A program made the position numbers and the translations under genes. Below are positions 32,393 through 33,326 of a DNA stretch of 33,326 nt, piece by piece. The notes beneath the pieces are model-generated. The model was given only the letters and a program-made list of their open reading frames with translations. It was not told the DNA's origin and searched no databases. The DNA is taken from the IMG/VR virus record IMGVR_UViG_3300010362_000064, positions 1 through 33,326 of that record. The stretch is one strand, 5' to 3'. Position 1 is the first letter of the stretch. Every line of letters begins with the position of its first letter. The stretch is from a virus (lineage: Duplodnaviria; Caudoviricetes).

Positions 32393-33324
32393 GGCCGCCA
32401 GCAGCCATGGGCCGTGATGCCCAGTGACGTGAGCGCCGTCGTGCAGACGGCGACCGCTTCGTCACAGCACTGATCGCGCGTGTATTCATACGGCACCGTT
32501 TCCCCCACACAGAGCACCGGCCGCCCGCGGCGGCGCTCGCTGTGGAACCAATCCGGGGCGCTGTGCGAGGGACAGATGCCGCCGTGCGTGTAACCCGAGC
32601 TATCGATGAAGCCTTGCGCGCCGGGCATCGGCGTCCCGGGCGCCAGGAACCGATCGCAGATTTCAATGAGGCGGTCGTAGTAGCGCGGTTGTCCGTGCCC
32701 GTCGAGCCCGGGAGTCCCACCCGGTTGCGCATAACTGGGGCCATTCACGCCGTGGTCGGTCTGGTACCACAGGCCGTCGATCTCCAGGCCGCCCTCGAGA
32801 TACCAGGCCTCCTGTTCGCCACCGCCGGCCGGATCGTCGGCCTCGATCCACGCGCCCTCGTTCGGATTGTCCGCGCTCGTGACCCACCGGAGCTCCCCGG
32901 GATTCCAATCAGGCCGTGACGGGTGCGCGGATGGATTGCTCCCCCAATAGGCGGCCATCGTGCACCGGAGCGGTTGAAGCCACAGGAGGATTAGGCCGTC
33001 GTCGCCGACATGTTGGCGGATCAGGAGTGCCGCATCATGCTGCTGACGCGCGGAGTAAGCGCCGCCGCGATCGAGGTTCTGTTCGTAGCCGGCGCAGTAC
33101 CACGCGTCCTTCGCCAGGTGCGCGGTCGCGTCGAGCACGCGCGCCATCTGGCCGTTGTAGATTTCCACGTGCGTGCCACCGTCCGCCGTGGCCACGAGAA
33201 TCACGGGCGTGAAGCCTTCGTCGCGGATGTAGGTGCAGAGTTCGGCGTATTCGTCGACCTGTTGCCGAAAGTCGAACGTCGCGCCGTCCATGTAACCCGG
33301 ATAGCCGCCTTGGACGCAGAGCTG
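32389..33324 (-). CDS. 5'-truncated hypothetical protein, possibly glycoside hydrolase-like barrel
   Basis: Frame open to the window end (QLCVQGGYPGYMDG...); GFTPVILV, AGYEQN, DGLWYQ and VGETV resemble alpha/beta barrel elements; function weakly supported. Confidence 0.65.
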   Translation of the reverse strand, partial: QLCVQGGYPGYMDGATFDFRQQVDEYAELCTYIRDEGFTPVILVATADGGTHVEIYNGQMARVLDATAHLAKDAWYCAGYEQNLDRGGAYSARQQHDAALLIRQHVGDDGLILLWLQPLRCTMAAYWGSNPSAHPSRPDWNPGELRWVTSADNPNEGAWIEADDPAGGGEQEAWYLEGGLEIDGLWYQTDHGVNGPSYAQPGGTPGLDGHGQPRYYDRLIEICDRFLAPGTPMPGAQGFIDSSGYTHGGICPSHSAPDWFHSERRRGRPVLCVGETVPYEYTRDQCCDEAVAVCTTALTSLGITAHGCWRP

Positions 33325-33326
33325 GA

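Larger units (their letters stand above)
1..33326. mobile_element. Temperate phage (partial genome), P22-like virion module, apparently in unintegrated attP configuration
   Basis: Integrase plus tRNA 3' fragment, and the order TerS-TerL-portal-scaffold-coat-gp4-gp10-gp26-ejection-head-binding; no host housekeeping genes on either side of the att core. Confidence 0.93.

Overview
The window is most of a high-GC temperate tailed phage with a P22-like (podovirus-type) virion module. Phage genes flank both sides of a 3'-half tRNA-fMet, so this looks like the unintegrated (attP) form. Left end, + strand: a truncated regulator-like gene, a tyrosine integrase, attP with arm-type repeats and a small operon. 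The - strand carries, right to left, a C5 methyltransferase with an overlapping second-frame ORF, TerS, TerL, portal, scaffold, P22-type coat and decoration genes. It continues with gp4, a stand-alone ADP-ribosyltransferase-like gene, a split gp10 tail hub, gp26-like and fibre genes, a GNAT/2OG-Fe(II) oxygenase fusion, ejection proteins and a short head-binding protein. An opposite-strand RHH-led cassette of membrane genes sits where P22 has sieA/immI. The most unusual features are: (1) gp10 split in two, with a PPC-like plus beta-propeller module fused to its C-terminal part; (2) a LamG lectin fused to a GTA-type spike-base domain, with a G9 tract and an internal start, a candidate phase-variable head spike; (3) the GNAT-oxygenase fusion; (4) four paralogous small genes after the coat gene; (5) a dual-frame methyltransferase. 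All family calls come from recognising motifs by eye; no searches were run.
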